Origin: Thermodesulfobacteriota bacterium
GTDB taxonomy: Bacteria > Desulfobacterota_D > UBA1144 > Nemesobacterales > Mycalebacteriaceae
DNA length: 64,000 nucleotides
Assembly: GCA_965226585.1 (NCBI GenBank)
Contig: OZ245366.1
Coordinates: 1,230,549 to 1,294,548, forward strand
Reading direction: 5' to 3'
Shown piece after piece: positions 8,001 to 20,057 of this stretch. The first letter of the stretch is position 1. Every line of letters begins with the position of its first letter. The notes beneath the pieces were generated by a model. It was not told the DNA's origin. It saw only the letters and a list, made by a program, of their open reading frames with translations, and did no database searches. A program made the position numbers and the translations under genes.

Positions 8001-10691
8001 GTTTTCTACGAGTATTTCACCGCCAAGTGTAAGTATTGTTGTTGTTCCGCTGTCGCCTTCCGACCATACCTCTGTGCCAATGCCGTTGACGGTTACATCA
8101 GAGCCGCCGCTTGTTCGAATTGTTCTGCCGGAAGTGTTAGACCAAACTTTTGAGCCGCCGTACACATCCACCGAGCCTGAACTGCCGTCTGAAAAAATTG
8201 TCGTAGAGAGGCTGCCCACAGACCAAACCTCTGTGCCACTGCCGTTGACGGTTACGGTTCTGGCGTTAATGGTTCCCGAATCCGCGCCGTTAGACCAAAC
8301 TTTTGACGCGCCATACACACCAACCGAGCCTGTAACTGCAATGATTGTGTTAGAAGTGCCGCCTTGCGTCCATACGTTTGACGCGCCGTTGATTGCTACG
8401 GTTGTACCACTAATGGCTTGTGATGATGTGCTGTTAGCCCATACCTCGGAACCGTTGACGTTCACCTGACTGCCGAGAATACCGTTACTGCTGACCCCGT
8501 TCGCTCCAACCTTTGAGCCGTTCACAACATTCACTGTTGCCGTGCCCGTTGTTACAATGGCGTTACTGTTATCCCCTTCCGTCCACACCTGCGAACTGTT
8601 TATGTTCAAATGCGCGGTGGCGGCGGTTGTAACAATGGCGTTACTTGTCGCCCCGTTTGACCAAACCTTTGAGCCGTTGACCGTTGCGGAGTCTTTTGTA
8701 ACGAACGCTATGGAATCGGTTCCGTTTGTCCATACTTCCGTTGAGTGATTTATGCTGACATGTGTAAATCCTTCCGTTGACGCAACCGCCGCGTTTATGC
8801 CGATAGAGTTACCCCCGTCCGTCCACACCTTCGCGCCGTTCAGGTCTGCTATCGCGTAAGTCAACTGGCTTGAGCCGTCAACATCTTTGGTTTCCAGTTT
8901 TATCGCCGTTGAGTTAGCACCCCTTGCCCCGATTTCGCCGCCGTTTTTCACACCCAGCCCGGCAATGCCGCCGTCCGTTGCGGAAACAAGAGCCGATATG
9001 GAATTTTCGCCCGTAGTCTCAACCTTCGCGCCGCCAACCACATTCGCAACACTTACCCCGTTGCTGAGCGCGCTGGTCGCGCTTTCGCCGAGAGAAGTGA
9101 GGTAGTCAGACAAAGATGTTCCGTTGGCAAGGGCGGTTGAAGAATGCCCGGGGTTGACGACAATCGTTCCGCTGTCATCAAAAGTGAAAAGAGGGTTTGC
9201 CTCCGCAAAAGTTTCAAGTTCTCCAATATCGCCCGCCGAAACCGCCGCCCCCGTTTCGTATCCGTCCACCACGCCAACCATTATTCCGGTTGAGTTGTGT
9301 CCCGTTGCCGTAACCCGTGAGGCATTTATATCCGCTCCGGCTGTTCCGCCCGTGTCTGAAAGCACAACAACGCCGTTTGAGTTGTCTCCGCCGGTTGTGA
9401 TTCGTGTTCTGGCGTTTGATATGTTCGCGTACGCGCTTCCGCTTGCCGTGTCCGTCAAAATCTCAACCGCAGTTGATTCCGCGCCAATTGTCTGCACACT
9501 CGCGCCGTTGAGGTTCAGGATTACGGTTCCGTCCGGAACTCCGGTGTCGCCCGTTCCTCTTTTTCCGCTCACGCGGGTTGAAATCGCCACAGAATTTGAA
9601 CCGTTTGTCCATACGTTTGTGTTGTTCAGATTGAGGGTTGTGCTTCCGCCGAATTCGCTTTCCGCGTCAATCGCCGAAGAGTTTGCCTCAGCCGCCCAGA
9701 CGTTTGAACTTACAGCGTTCACGACAGTATTTGATTGTGAAAGCGCGGTTGTGTTTATCGCCACCGATTTGCCAAGAGTATCGTTGCCGCCTTTGCGGGT
9801 GGACACATTTGAAACAAAGAGGTTAATGGCGGTGTTGACCGCTGAAGATGAGTTTGTTTCAATGGCGGAAGCCGAGCCGCCGTCTGCCCAGATGTTCGCG
9901 CTTACCGAGTTCACGGTAACGTTCAGTCCCGCTTCATAAGACGAAATGGTTGTCGCCTCTATTCCGTTTGCCCATATATCAGAGCCGCCTATGTTGACAA
10001 TCGCGTTGCCGTCTCCGGTTGCGTCATCTCCCATGTCCACAGGGTCCGGCGGGTCCGGCGGCTCCACAGGTTCTTCCGGTTCGTCCGGGTCTAAGTCCGT
10101 TACTTCGTCCCCGTTGTCTGTGCCGGTAGATTGACTGCGTCCGTCATCCGAACTTCCTCCGGGAATACCGAGAAGTTTGCTGACAATGGAGATGGTTTTC
10201 GCGCCGCCGGCTGATGCGTTGGAATAAATTATACTGCCGTTGCTTATGTTCACAGATTCGGCGTAGATGGCTGTGGTTCCTTCGCTTCCGTTTGCCCAGG
10301 CCGCCGCGCCGTTGACGTTGACAAACGGGGCGTTAATGGCGGTTACGTAAGATGCGTTTGCAAATACTTTTCCGGTAGTCAGAATTGACACGTTGCCGGA
10401 AATATCTATGGTTGTTGACGCGCCCGCCTCCGTTCCGTCCCCTTCAGTCCATATATCAGTTACTGTGCCGCCCTCGCCGCCTGTCAGGGGAATGCTTACT
10501 CCGCCAAGGTCTAATATTGAGTCGCCATCTTCCGTGGTGGTGGTGTCCGTTATGGAGTCGCCTCCGGTGTAGTCAATTGCCGTTTGCGCGCGGGCGGTAT
10601 CAAATCCCGCAAAGGGAACGGCAATTGAAAATGCCACTAAAAGAAAGATAACAAGGGCGGAAAACGCCCCGCTTTTAAGTTTAGATTTCAA
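2100..10691 (-). CDS. Giant (2863 aa) autotransporter adhesin-like protein
   Basis: TTG start, signal peptide ending ARA-Q, dozens of ~20-24 aa xNGSxVW(A/S/T)(N/D/E)G..AI repeats, G(G/A)DD/GADTF repeats, C-terminal barrel ending LNLAF. Confidence 0.9.
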   Translation of the reverse strand: MKSKLKSGAFSALVIFLLVAFSIAVPFAGFDTARAQTAIDYTGGDSITDTTTTEDGDSILDLGGVSIPLTGGEGGTVTDIWTEGDGTEAGASTTIDISGNVSILTTGKVFANASYVTAINAPFVNVNGAAAWANGSEGTTAIYAESVNISNGSIIYSNASAGGAKTISIVSKLLGIPGGSSDDGRSQSTGTDNGDEVTDLDPDEPEEPVEPPDPPDPVDMGDDATGDGNAIVNIGGSDIWANGIEATTISSYEAGLNVTVNSVSANIWADGGSASAIETNSSSAVNTAINLFVSNVSTRKGGNDTLGKSVAINTTALSQSNTVVNAVSSNVWAAEANSSAIDAESEFGGSTTLNLNNTNVWTNGSNSVAISTRVSGKRGTGDTGVPDGTVILNLNGASVQTIGAESTAVEILTDTASGSAYANISNARTRITTGGDNSNGVVVLSDTGGTAGADINASRVTATGHNSTGIMVGVVDGYETGAAVSAGDIGELETFAEANPLFTFDDSGTIVVNPGHSSTALANGTSLSDYLTSLGESATSALSNGVSVANVVGGAKVETTGENSISALVSATDGGIAGLGVKNGGEIGARGANSTAIKLETKDVDGSSQLTYAIADLNGAKVWTDGGNSIGINAAVASTEGFTHVSINHSTEVWTNGTDSIAFVTKDSATVNGSKVWSNGATSNAIVTTAATAHLNINSSQVWTEGDNSNAIVTTGTATVNVVNGSKVGANGVSSNGILGSQVNVNGSEVWANSTSSQAISGTTVAINGASNVWTQGGTSNTIIAVTGSVGVYGASKVWSNGADSGTINARTVTVNGSGTEVWSVGSLSTTIFSDGSSGSVDVYGGSKVWSNTSGRTIRTSGGSDVTVNGIGTEVWSEGDSGTTTILTLGGEILVENEAKVWSNGSSAVDTIYASGSGSSVKVNNAEVWQSGGSSRAITSISGASVDVENNAKVWSDGSTSSSAISAISGGGRVDINGSQVWSNGSFGKAIDATGSTVNVVNGSKVGANGVRSNGILGRQVNVNGSEVWANGTSSQAINATTVTINGGSNVWTQGGGAGAPSQTIGSSGSVGVGVYGGSKVWSNGASAVTINSSTVTVDGTGTEVWSAAAGSYAALSLGGGSVSVYNGSKVWANTIAATAIETRGGSDVRVNGSGTEVWTTGGSGWTVYTRDGGEIIVENGAKVWSNGSSSEALYATGSTSSVKVNNAEVWREGAIRDAIRLISGASVDVENNAKVWANGTGGSAITVTEFRAGSVTVNGSQVWAEGTDANGIVARASHVDIFNESKVWSNRSSRTALRAQTATVDNSDIWTDAVGYAALAIGRGTTGIYNGSNVWANMIRASAITGGGGSGVIVNGSNVWTLGADTNAVVVFERATIENGAKVWSNGSRSRAVAGNDIIVNGAEVWTEGGSSISIQDTIPATASLGVTVTNGAKVWANGVSSSAITGRVVTVRNSEVWSEGGTSSSIRARDFSSAITADVRIIDGAKVWANGSTSNAISATSADSVVTVDSSEVWTESIDSNSINSTGTVVRSGSKVWAEGENSIAITSGEATVTGSEVWAEGETGEAINGTKTVTESSSKVWSNGAGSRAVIAQSAFINSSSQVWTHNGTDAIRAATAIVDGGAQVWTNTLGITNAITADTTRVYNGAKVWAVENGGSAIVATVLAVVNGTGTEVWAQGSGPDMDAVAAGTAEIVSGAKVWINGAASSAVFATGTATVNGAQVWTESAGNGVDAQTARIFNKAMVWANGGANAAITSFRGSVFVDDSSVWSDGGTADGIFTSTGTVEVHNSANVWTNISQTGAIVAEAGRVIISGANVLGNAARSDGIRGRTIEVFNGSTVWARGDTSAAINAEAGSGQVVNVTGSNVWVQGGTGSSTAIRGRTAHVNITSSNVRTESEGIAVWAAGVDITDSQVWARDGWALWSYGTNVNVTGSNVWADGDGSKRAIHATTSSVSISGSNVWTTGTRGITVNARNVDITDGSNVLSNSATDRVISVYATGHVNVDASTVSTAGFSTNVIAAASVNVTGDSTVRKDSHSSGDGTTINATGRVVVDDSRVIARGPRGVAIIAQTADIYSGAIVSAQSVAGGKAVRAGTVTVSGGSLVWSSGRTSNTIEADTVSITGGGKVRSDAGASTSGIGGSGRYGISSVAPRTADITITGDGTGEIWTHGTIQSAAKVASVFAPAGGTATVGNVKVWSNSPGADAIRVETNLVLSGTEVWTVSQEAATVNASTATGGDVSVTVANGANVTARGESRGDARAYGIYAESDGGDVAITLSGSGSRVSGNGATPRGTRGIYAKSDGGNMTLEIGAGTFVSGAWFAVNMTGTGAGEIQNDGEIDGDTYMGGSGDIFNNTGTFTGVVDMKGGDDTFNNLGSRVLTLAPGGATVEMGTGADTFNNDGRLTLAGAGVIDFGAGADTFETTGTLTVSADDTITGLERALFRGQSILAVDFTPAADSEGVTVAGAATIFNLGAAVSPDDLATSLTIMGTSNASTELDYTLYTTASLSSGNRDSVLARVANIMAKVGGSARFNEDFDLLIRFSRLASPGGAGGNLLPYDAFIQSAWHTDRAFASKLRGRCGSTEGEVEEMAGGGCAWATTGSRSVSHKRTLEYKEDVFTFSGGISIPFAIAGVTIAGGYETSNFDIGVRGADVKTKAEVERFMVGVGASRPVANLFIADIGIQVGRSDVESNRVQQEAVSSPRLRALSSTAGIERVSVVGGIYITPRLELGLSHVAMDSITESGFDGIAVEGENKLFIFTAPSIEFRYPAQQFVDVWAKAGSNILLNKTHESLLKIKDDPTQVDGTLERSTHTYGGGMEFNFSSDGAGAVSASFEYDGGMSSSFKTFVHSFTGRLNLAF
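6870..8534. repeat. Diverged ~834-bp tandem duplication inside the giant autotransporter passenger
   Basis: TVNVVNGSKVGANGV.SNGILG.QVNVNGSEVWAN...SSVKVNNAEVW...ISGASVDVENNAKVW occurs twice; matching DNA anchor TTCACAACATTCAC at 7687 and 8521. Confidence 0.85.
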
Positions 10692-10770
10692 AACAAACTC
10701 TTGAGGACTGTTGTGTCCGTCAAATTTTTATTCCGCTGTTGCCTTATGATTAGATAAGACAATTTCCGCA

Positions 10771-10799
10771 ATAGTAATAGCAAATGGTGTTTTCGTCAA
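10771..10799 (-). promoter_or_regulatory. Candidate sigma70 promoter of the giant autotransporter
   Basis: TTGACG-N17-TACTAT on the minus strand, about 80 nt upstream of the start codon. Confidence 0.55.
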
Positions 10800-10868
10800 G
10801 CCCCCGCCAAGCCCCCGCAGAGGCACTTGAAATGACCGCCGTTTTAGAATAGTCTCAAAGCCCGAAAT

Positions 10869-11218
10869 GGGGGCGAACTGGCTTCGACGTATCTGAAGAC
10901 AGCTCATGCCGCATGCCGAGCTTGGCTAACTCGTTAAACTGACCTGTCGCTTATTAAACGGCGAACCAATTAACGCACTCGCGGCCTGAATAACGCCGCG
11001 ACGTCCCGCCTGACAATGCCTGCGTGTTTTGCGGGGCGGCATCCTGCAGGCTGGTCTGCCCGCGCCTCCCGGCTCGCGAGCGGATGAGAAAACAGTCGGG
11101 AAAACGGAAGAAGCGCCCGTCCGCCGGCAACTTTTTCCGTAATTACGGCGGAATAAGCATGTAGAAGCTGGGCGATTCTCTTTTGCGGACGCGGGTTCAA
11201 TTCCCGCCGCCTCCACCA
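10869..11218 (+). ncRNA. ssrA: tmRNA
   Basis: 5' GGGGGCG..GGCTTCGAC; 3' GGACGCGGGTTCAATTCCCGCCGCCTCCACCA; internal tag frame 10960..10989 GEPINALAA-stop; 350 nt. Confidence 0.95.
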
Positions 11219-11229
11219 ACGGAATCCTT

Positions 11230-15501
<4,272 letters not shown>

Positions 15502-15519
15502 AGGACACCACTTTTTCCC

Positions 15520-15788
15520 ATCATTCCGTTGCCTCACCCCGTCATTCCGTTGCCCTCCCCGTCATTCCGTTGCCTCACCCCGTCATTCCGTTGCCCTCCC
15601 CGTCATTCCGTTGCCCTCCCCGTCATTCCTGCGAAAGCAGGAATCCAGTATTACATAACCGGTTGAATACTGGATTCCGTGTCAAGCACGGAATGACGGA
15701 AGTGGAGAAGCGTCATTCCTGCGGAAGCAGGAATCCAGTATTAATTAACCGGTTGAATACTGGATTCCGTGTCAAGCACGGAATGACG
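15520..15788. repeat. Two CGTC palindromic element cores (15621..15698, 15711..15788) preceded by five 20-21 bp partial units
   Basis: Same 78-bp core as 1937..2014; lies between convergent stop codons. Confidence 0.92.
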
Positions 15789-17177
15789 TTAGCCTTTAAG
15801 CGCCTTCATTATCTCTTCTATGGTTGTGTACTTAACCCTCGGTCTTCCCTCCACCTCTCCGCGTTTTTTCTCTTTCTCATCCACAACCGACCACTTTTGA
15901 TAACTTATGTAAGCAGGCTTCCTCTCGTCAAGCAGGGCTTCTATGGAAACCGCCTTCTCATCCGGCGCAAACAAAACCCCCTTCTCCGCGTCCTCAATCA
16001 TCAAATCAACCGTTTCCGCAGAGTCGGTTTTGTTTGTCCCTATAACCCCGGTCGCGCCTCTTTTTATCCACCCTGCGGTGTAAAGACCCGTAAGCGCGCC
16101 GCCGCCGGGGGCGTCCAGCACTCTGCCCAGCCCGTTGGGTATCACACCCGCGCTGTCGTCAAACGGCACATCTTTTAGCGCGATTCCCCTGTATCCAATT
16201 GAACGGAAAACTATGTCCGCCCGTATAGTTTCGGTCTCCCCGGTCGGCACGGCGCGGACGGTTCCGTCTTCCCGCCTCTCAAGACGGTTTTTTACAAATG
16301 TTGCACTTGCCACCCTTCCGTCTTTTCCGCTTTCCATCGCAACGGGCGATAACAGAAAACGCAGGTGGAGGGTTTTCTTTTCCCCGCTCTGTTCGCGGCG
16401 GGAAAAACTTTCCAGAATTTCCAATTTTTTCGCGGTTGCCGCGTCCGGGTTTTCTTCAAGAAACCGCTTTGAAACGGGGTCAAGATTCAAATCCTCCTCC
16501 CGCGTTACGGCAAGAGCGTCTTCAAGGGCTCCAAGTTCCCTGAGTTCGGGATTTGTGAACGCCGCCTGCGCGGGTCCCCTCCTCCCGATGATGTAAATCT
16601 CTCTTATGCCGCTCGCCTCAAGTTTTTTCATCGCGTAGTCTGCGATGTCTGTTTTTCCAAGTTCGCCTCCGCTCAGACACAAAATACGCGCCACGTCTAT
16701 CGCCACATTTCCAACGCCGATGATAATGGCGCGGCTTCCCGACATTTCAAAATCCAATTCAGACGAATGGGGATGACCGTTATACCACGCCACAAACTCA
16801 GTTGCCGTGTGGCTTCCGGGAAGATTTTCGCCGGGGATTTCCATTCTTTTGTCCGTTTGCGCCCCGGTGGCGAAAACTATTTGATGATAGCGTTTTTTGA
16901 GGTCGGCAAGGGTTATGTCTTTTCCGAACTCAACAAAACCGAAGAAACGGAAAGACGGATGGGAGGCGATTTTGTCATACATCTTCGCCACCGTTTTAAT
17001 TTTCTGATGATCCGGCGCAACGCCGTGCCGCACAAGCCCGTGCGGTGTGGGCAGAGTGTCAAACATATCTATCTGAAGCTCCGCCCCGCTTTTCTTTATA
17101 AGGCGGTCTGCGGTGTAGAAACCGGCGGGACCTGAGCCGACAATCGCGATATTCAGTTTTTGTTTTCCGCTTTCCAT
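15789..17177 (-). CDS. FAD-dependent ferredoxin-NADP+ reductase (adrenodoxin reductase/FprA-like)
   Basis: GSGPAG, GLVRHGVAPDH, GVGNVAIDVAR, GWIKRGATGVIG; ATG at 17177. Confidence 0.9.
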   Translation of the reverse strand: MESGKQKLNIAIVGSGPAGFYTADRLIKKSGAELQIDMFDTLPTPHGLVRHGVAPDHQKIKTVAKMYDKIASHPSFRFFGFVEFGKDITLADLKKRYHQIVFATGAQTDKRMEIPGENLPGSHTATEFVAWYNGHPHSSELDFEMSGSRAIIIGVGNVAIDVARILCLSGGELGKTDIADYAMKKLEASGIREIYIIGRRGPAQAAFTNPELRELGALEDALAVTREEDLNLDPVSKRFLEENPDAATAKKLEILESFSRREQSGEKKTLHLRFLLSPVAMESGKDGRVASATFVKNRLERREDGTVRAVPTGETETIRADIVFRSIGYRGIALKDVPFDDSAGVIPNGLGRVLDAPGGGALTGLYTAGWIKRGATGVIGTNKTDSAETVDLMIEDAEKGVLFAPDEKAVSIEALLDERKPAYISYQKWSVVDEKEKKRGEVEGRPRVKYTTIEEIMKALKG

Positions 17178-17261
17178 CTGTTTAATCCGCAACCCTCAAA
17201 TCAACCCGTCTATACGCGCAAGTAGGTTATCAGTATAATTACAGCCGGGTTTTTTAAAATT

Positions 17262-19562
17262 ATGCCGCGCGCCAATGTGGACAGAGAACATCTTCACCTG
17301 AAAATAGTTCAGGAGATCAGCGATTTTATGAATAAATCGACTGGTCTGGACACTATTCTCAAAGGTGTGGTCAACAAAATAAGCGAGTCTCTCCACTTCG
17401 CGGTCGTGTCAATATACATAACCGACACCGAGAGCGGAAACTTGCGTCTTATGGCAAACACCGGATTTAAGACCGAAAAAAAATCCGCAATCACCTTCGC
17501 CCCCGGAGAGGGGGTGGCGGGAATGATACTTGAAACCATGCGCCCGTTTGTGTCTATGAACGTGTCTCAGCACCCGAAATACAAGCCGGTTTTCGGCGCG
17601 GGCGAGGAAAAATACGATTGCTATCTCGGCATTCCCATTGTTTTGAACAACCGCTGTGTGGGCGTTCTTGTGGGGCAGACAAGCGAGCATCGCCACATAA
17701 CTCCGGCAGAGCAAACGCTTTTTGAGATTATCGCCCTTCGTCTTGCGGGGCTTCTTGAAGTTGCCGACACGCTTGACCGTTTGCACACGCCTTCAATTCT
17801 TGAGCATAAGACCAGAACCTATCAGGGCACGGGGGCGTCTCCCGGAGTTGCCGTTGGAAATGTGTTTCTCATAAGGGGGCTTTTCGGGCGCGCCGGCGCG
17901 GGATTTTCCGCCCCTTTGACGGTTGAGGAAGAGAAAAAACGCCTGCTTGAAGCCGTCTTGCGTGTGGAGCGCGATATGAAGGAATTGATAGAGGTTTTGC
18001 GAAAAGACAACATTCTTTCGCCCGGAGAGGTGGAGATTTTTGAAGCGCATTTGATGTTGCTTTCAAGCGACAGCGCAGATTCGGTTAGGGGTGTGATTCT
18101 CTCCTTTCTTGAAAAGGGCGGGGTTACGGCTGAGAACGCCGTTGTTCAGGGAATTGAGTCCATTGCCGGAAGGTTTGAGCATCAGGAAGACCGTTATGTG
18201 AGGGAGAAAGCGCAGGATTTCAGAGACATTGGCGAGAAACTGCTTCACGAACTTGTGGGGCTTAAAACGCCGGACGGCGCGGAGGCGGGAACGCAGGGCG
18301 GCGCGGTGCTTGTGGCTCCTGAAATAGGACCTTCGTTTGTGTCCATGCTTGGCAAAAACAAGGCGGCGGGCGTGGTAACGGAGCGCGGCGGTGAAACTTC
18401 TCACGCGGTCATCATAGCGAAATCGCTTGGCATTCCCGTTGTGATTGGCATAGACAACATTTGCGATATGGTGAGTTCGGGAGACCGCGTTGTTGTGGAC
18501 GGGCGCACGGGTTTTGTTTTTGTCAATCCTGATGAGACGCTTGAGAACGAGTATCTGGACAGTGGAAGGCGGATTGAGGAGATACGCCACTTTTTTGAGA
18601 CTGACAAAAAGGCGGGAGAAAACGCGCTTGGCATTTCTCTTACGGCGAACATAGGTTTTCCTGATGATGTGGAGGCGGCTTTGCGGCACGGTGTTCGGGA
18701 TGTGGGTTTGTTCAGAACGGAGTTTGCTTTCACGAGGTTTGAGAAATCCCCTGATGTTAAGGAGCAGACAAAAATATATTGTGATATGTCGAACCGGTTT
18801 GACGGGCACGTAACGGTGAGAACGCTTGATATCGGGGCGGACAAGATGCTTCCGTATTTCAACATTCCCGAAGAGGAGAATCCGCTTTTGGGGCTGAGGG
18901 CGATACGGTTTTCAATGGAGTATCTTGATTTGTTCAGAGACCAGATAAAGTCCATTGTTCTTGCCGCCGACCATGGGGCGCGGTTGAGGATTCTTCTTCC
19001 GATGGTGTCAAACATTTGGGAGGTTGAGACGGCGAAGCAGATAATGGATGACGTTGCGTCTGAGATAGGGCTTGCTGAGGAGGATATTCCGGAGCTTGGC
19101 GTTATGCTTGAGGTTCCCGCTCTTGTGCCGCTTGTTGACGAGTACGCGAAGATAGTTGATTTCATATCAGTAGGCACGAATGACCTTGTGCAGTATCTTC
19201 TTGCCGTTGACAGGAATTCAACCGCTGTTGGGCATCTTTACACATCGTTTCACCCTGCGGTTTTGCGGGTTTTGGATGAGATCAGAAAAAGCGCGGACAA
19301 GAACGGGACAGAGGTTTCCATTTGCGGTGAGATAGCGGGAAGTCCGAAGGGTGCGTTGCTTATTTTCGCTCTTGGCTACAAGCATTTAAGTGTTTCCCCG
19401 TACAGAATTCCCGTTGTGCGGTTCATATCGAACCGTATTAAGAAGGGGGTTCTCGCGGATTTGAGGAAAGAGTTGATGCTTCAAAAAAGCGATGCCGATG
19501 TAGAGCGTCTGCTCGCAGACCATCTTGAGGAGATAGACCCCTCGCTGATGGAATTGGGATAG
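17262..19562 (+). CDS. ptsP: GAF-domain PEP-protein phosphotransferase (EI-Ntr type)
   Basis: N-terminal GAF-like region, GGETSHAVI phospho-His, GLFRTEF, SVGTNDLVQY, ICGE. Confidence 0.92.
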   Translation: MPRANVDREHLHLKIVQEISDFMNKSTGLDTILKGVVNKISESLHFAVVSIYITDTESGNLRLMANTGFKTEKKSAITFAPGEGVAGMILETMRPFVSMNVSQHPKYKPVFGAGEEKYDCYLGIPIVLNNRCVGVLVGQTSEHRHITPAEQTLFEIIALRLAGLLEVADTLDRLHTPSILEHKTRTYQGTGASPGVAVGNVFLIRGLFGRAGAGFSAPLTVEEEKKRLLEAVLRVERDMKELIEVLRKDNILSPGEVEIFEAHLMLLSSDSADSVRGVILSFLEKGGVTAENAVVQGIESIAGRFEHQEDRYVREKAQDFRDIGEKLLHELVGLKTPDGAEAGTQGGAVLVAPEIGPSFVSMLGKNKAAGVVTERGGETSHAVIIAKSLGIPVVIGIDNICDMVSSGDRVVVDGRTGFVFVNPDETLENEYLDSGRRIEEIRHFFETDKKAGENALGISLTANIGFPDDVEAALRHGVRDVGLFRTEFAFTRFEKSPDVKEQTKIYCDMSNRFDGHVTVRTLDIGADKMLPYFNIPEEENPLLGLRAIRFSMEYLDLFRDQIKSIVLAADHGARLRILLPMVSNIWEVETAKQIMDDVASEIGLAEEDIPELGVMLEVPALVPLVDEYAKIVDFISVGTNDLVQYLLAVDRNSTAVGHLYTSFHPAVLRVLDEIRKSADKNGTEVSICGEIAGSPKGALLIFALGYKHLSVSPYRIPVVRFISNRIKKGVLADLRKELMLQKSDADVERLLADHLEEIDPSLMELG

Positions 19563-19576
19563 AGGGGGAATTATGG

Positions 19577-19984
19577 TGTCATTCCTGCGGAAGCAGGAAT
19601 CCAGTATTAATTAACCAGTTGAATACTGGATTCCGTGTCAGGCACGGAATGACGGAAGTGGAGAAGCGTCATTCCGTTGCCTCCTCCGTCATTCCTGCGA
19701 AAGCAGGAATCCAGTATTAGTTAGCCAGTTGAATACTGGATTCCGTATCAGGCACGGAATGACGGAAGTGGAGAAGCGTCATTCCGTTGCCTCCTCCGTC
19801 ATTCCTGCGAAAGCAGGAATCCAGTATTAATTAACCAGTTGAATACTGGATTCCGTGTCAAGCACGGAATGACGGGAGTGGAGAAGCGTCATTCCGTTGC
19901 CTCCTCCGTCATTCCTGCGAAAGCAGGAATCCAGTATTAATTAACCAGTTGAATACTGGATTCCGTGTCAGGCACGGAATGACG
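19577..19984. repeat. Tandem array of four CGTC palindromic elements, 110-bp period
   Basis: Cores start at 19577, 19687, 19797 and 19907; nearly invariant 32-bp linker G(A/G)AGTGGAGAAGCGTCATTCCGTTGCCTCCTC. Confidence 0.95.
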
Positions 19985-19998
19985 GAAAGGCAAGTATC

Positions 19999-20028
19999 TT
20001 GACCTACCCCCATTCTTGTCCATAGACT
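19999..20028 (+). promoter_or_regulatory. Candidate sigma70 promoter of the three-autotransporter cluster
   Basis: TTGACC-N18-TAGACT between the repeat array and the GGAG/ATG at 20058. Confidence 0.4.
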
Positions 20029-20057
20029 AATCTTTAATAGAGTTTGGAGCACCTAAA

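Noticed and set aside
3205-10134. Many long plus-strand ORFs opposite the giant autotransporter (likewise 24763..25773)
   Set aside because: Antisense shadows of a repetitive, codon-biased gene; no independent motifs.
19577-19984. Possible CRISPR array
   Set aside because: Inter-repeat sequences are essentially identical rather than unique spacers, the unit is 110 bp, the same core is dispersed elsewhere, and no cas genes are in the window.
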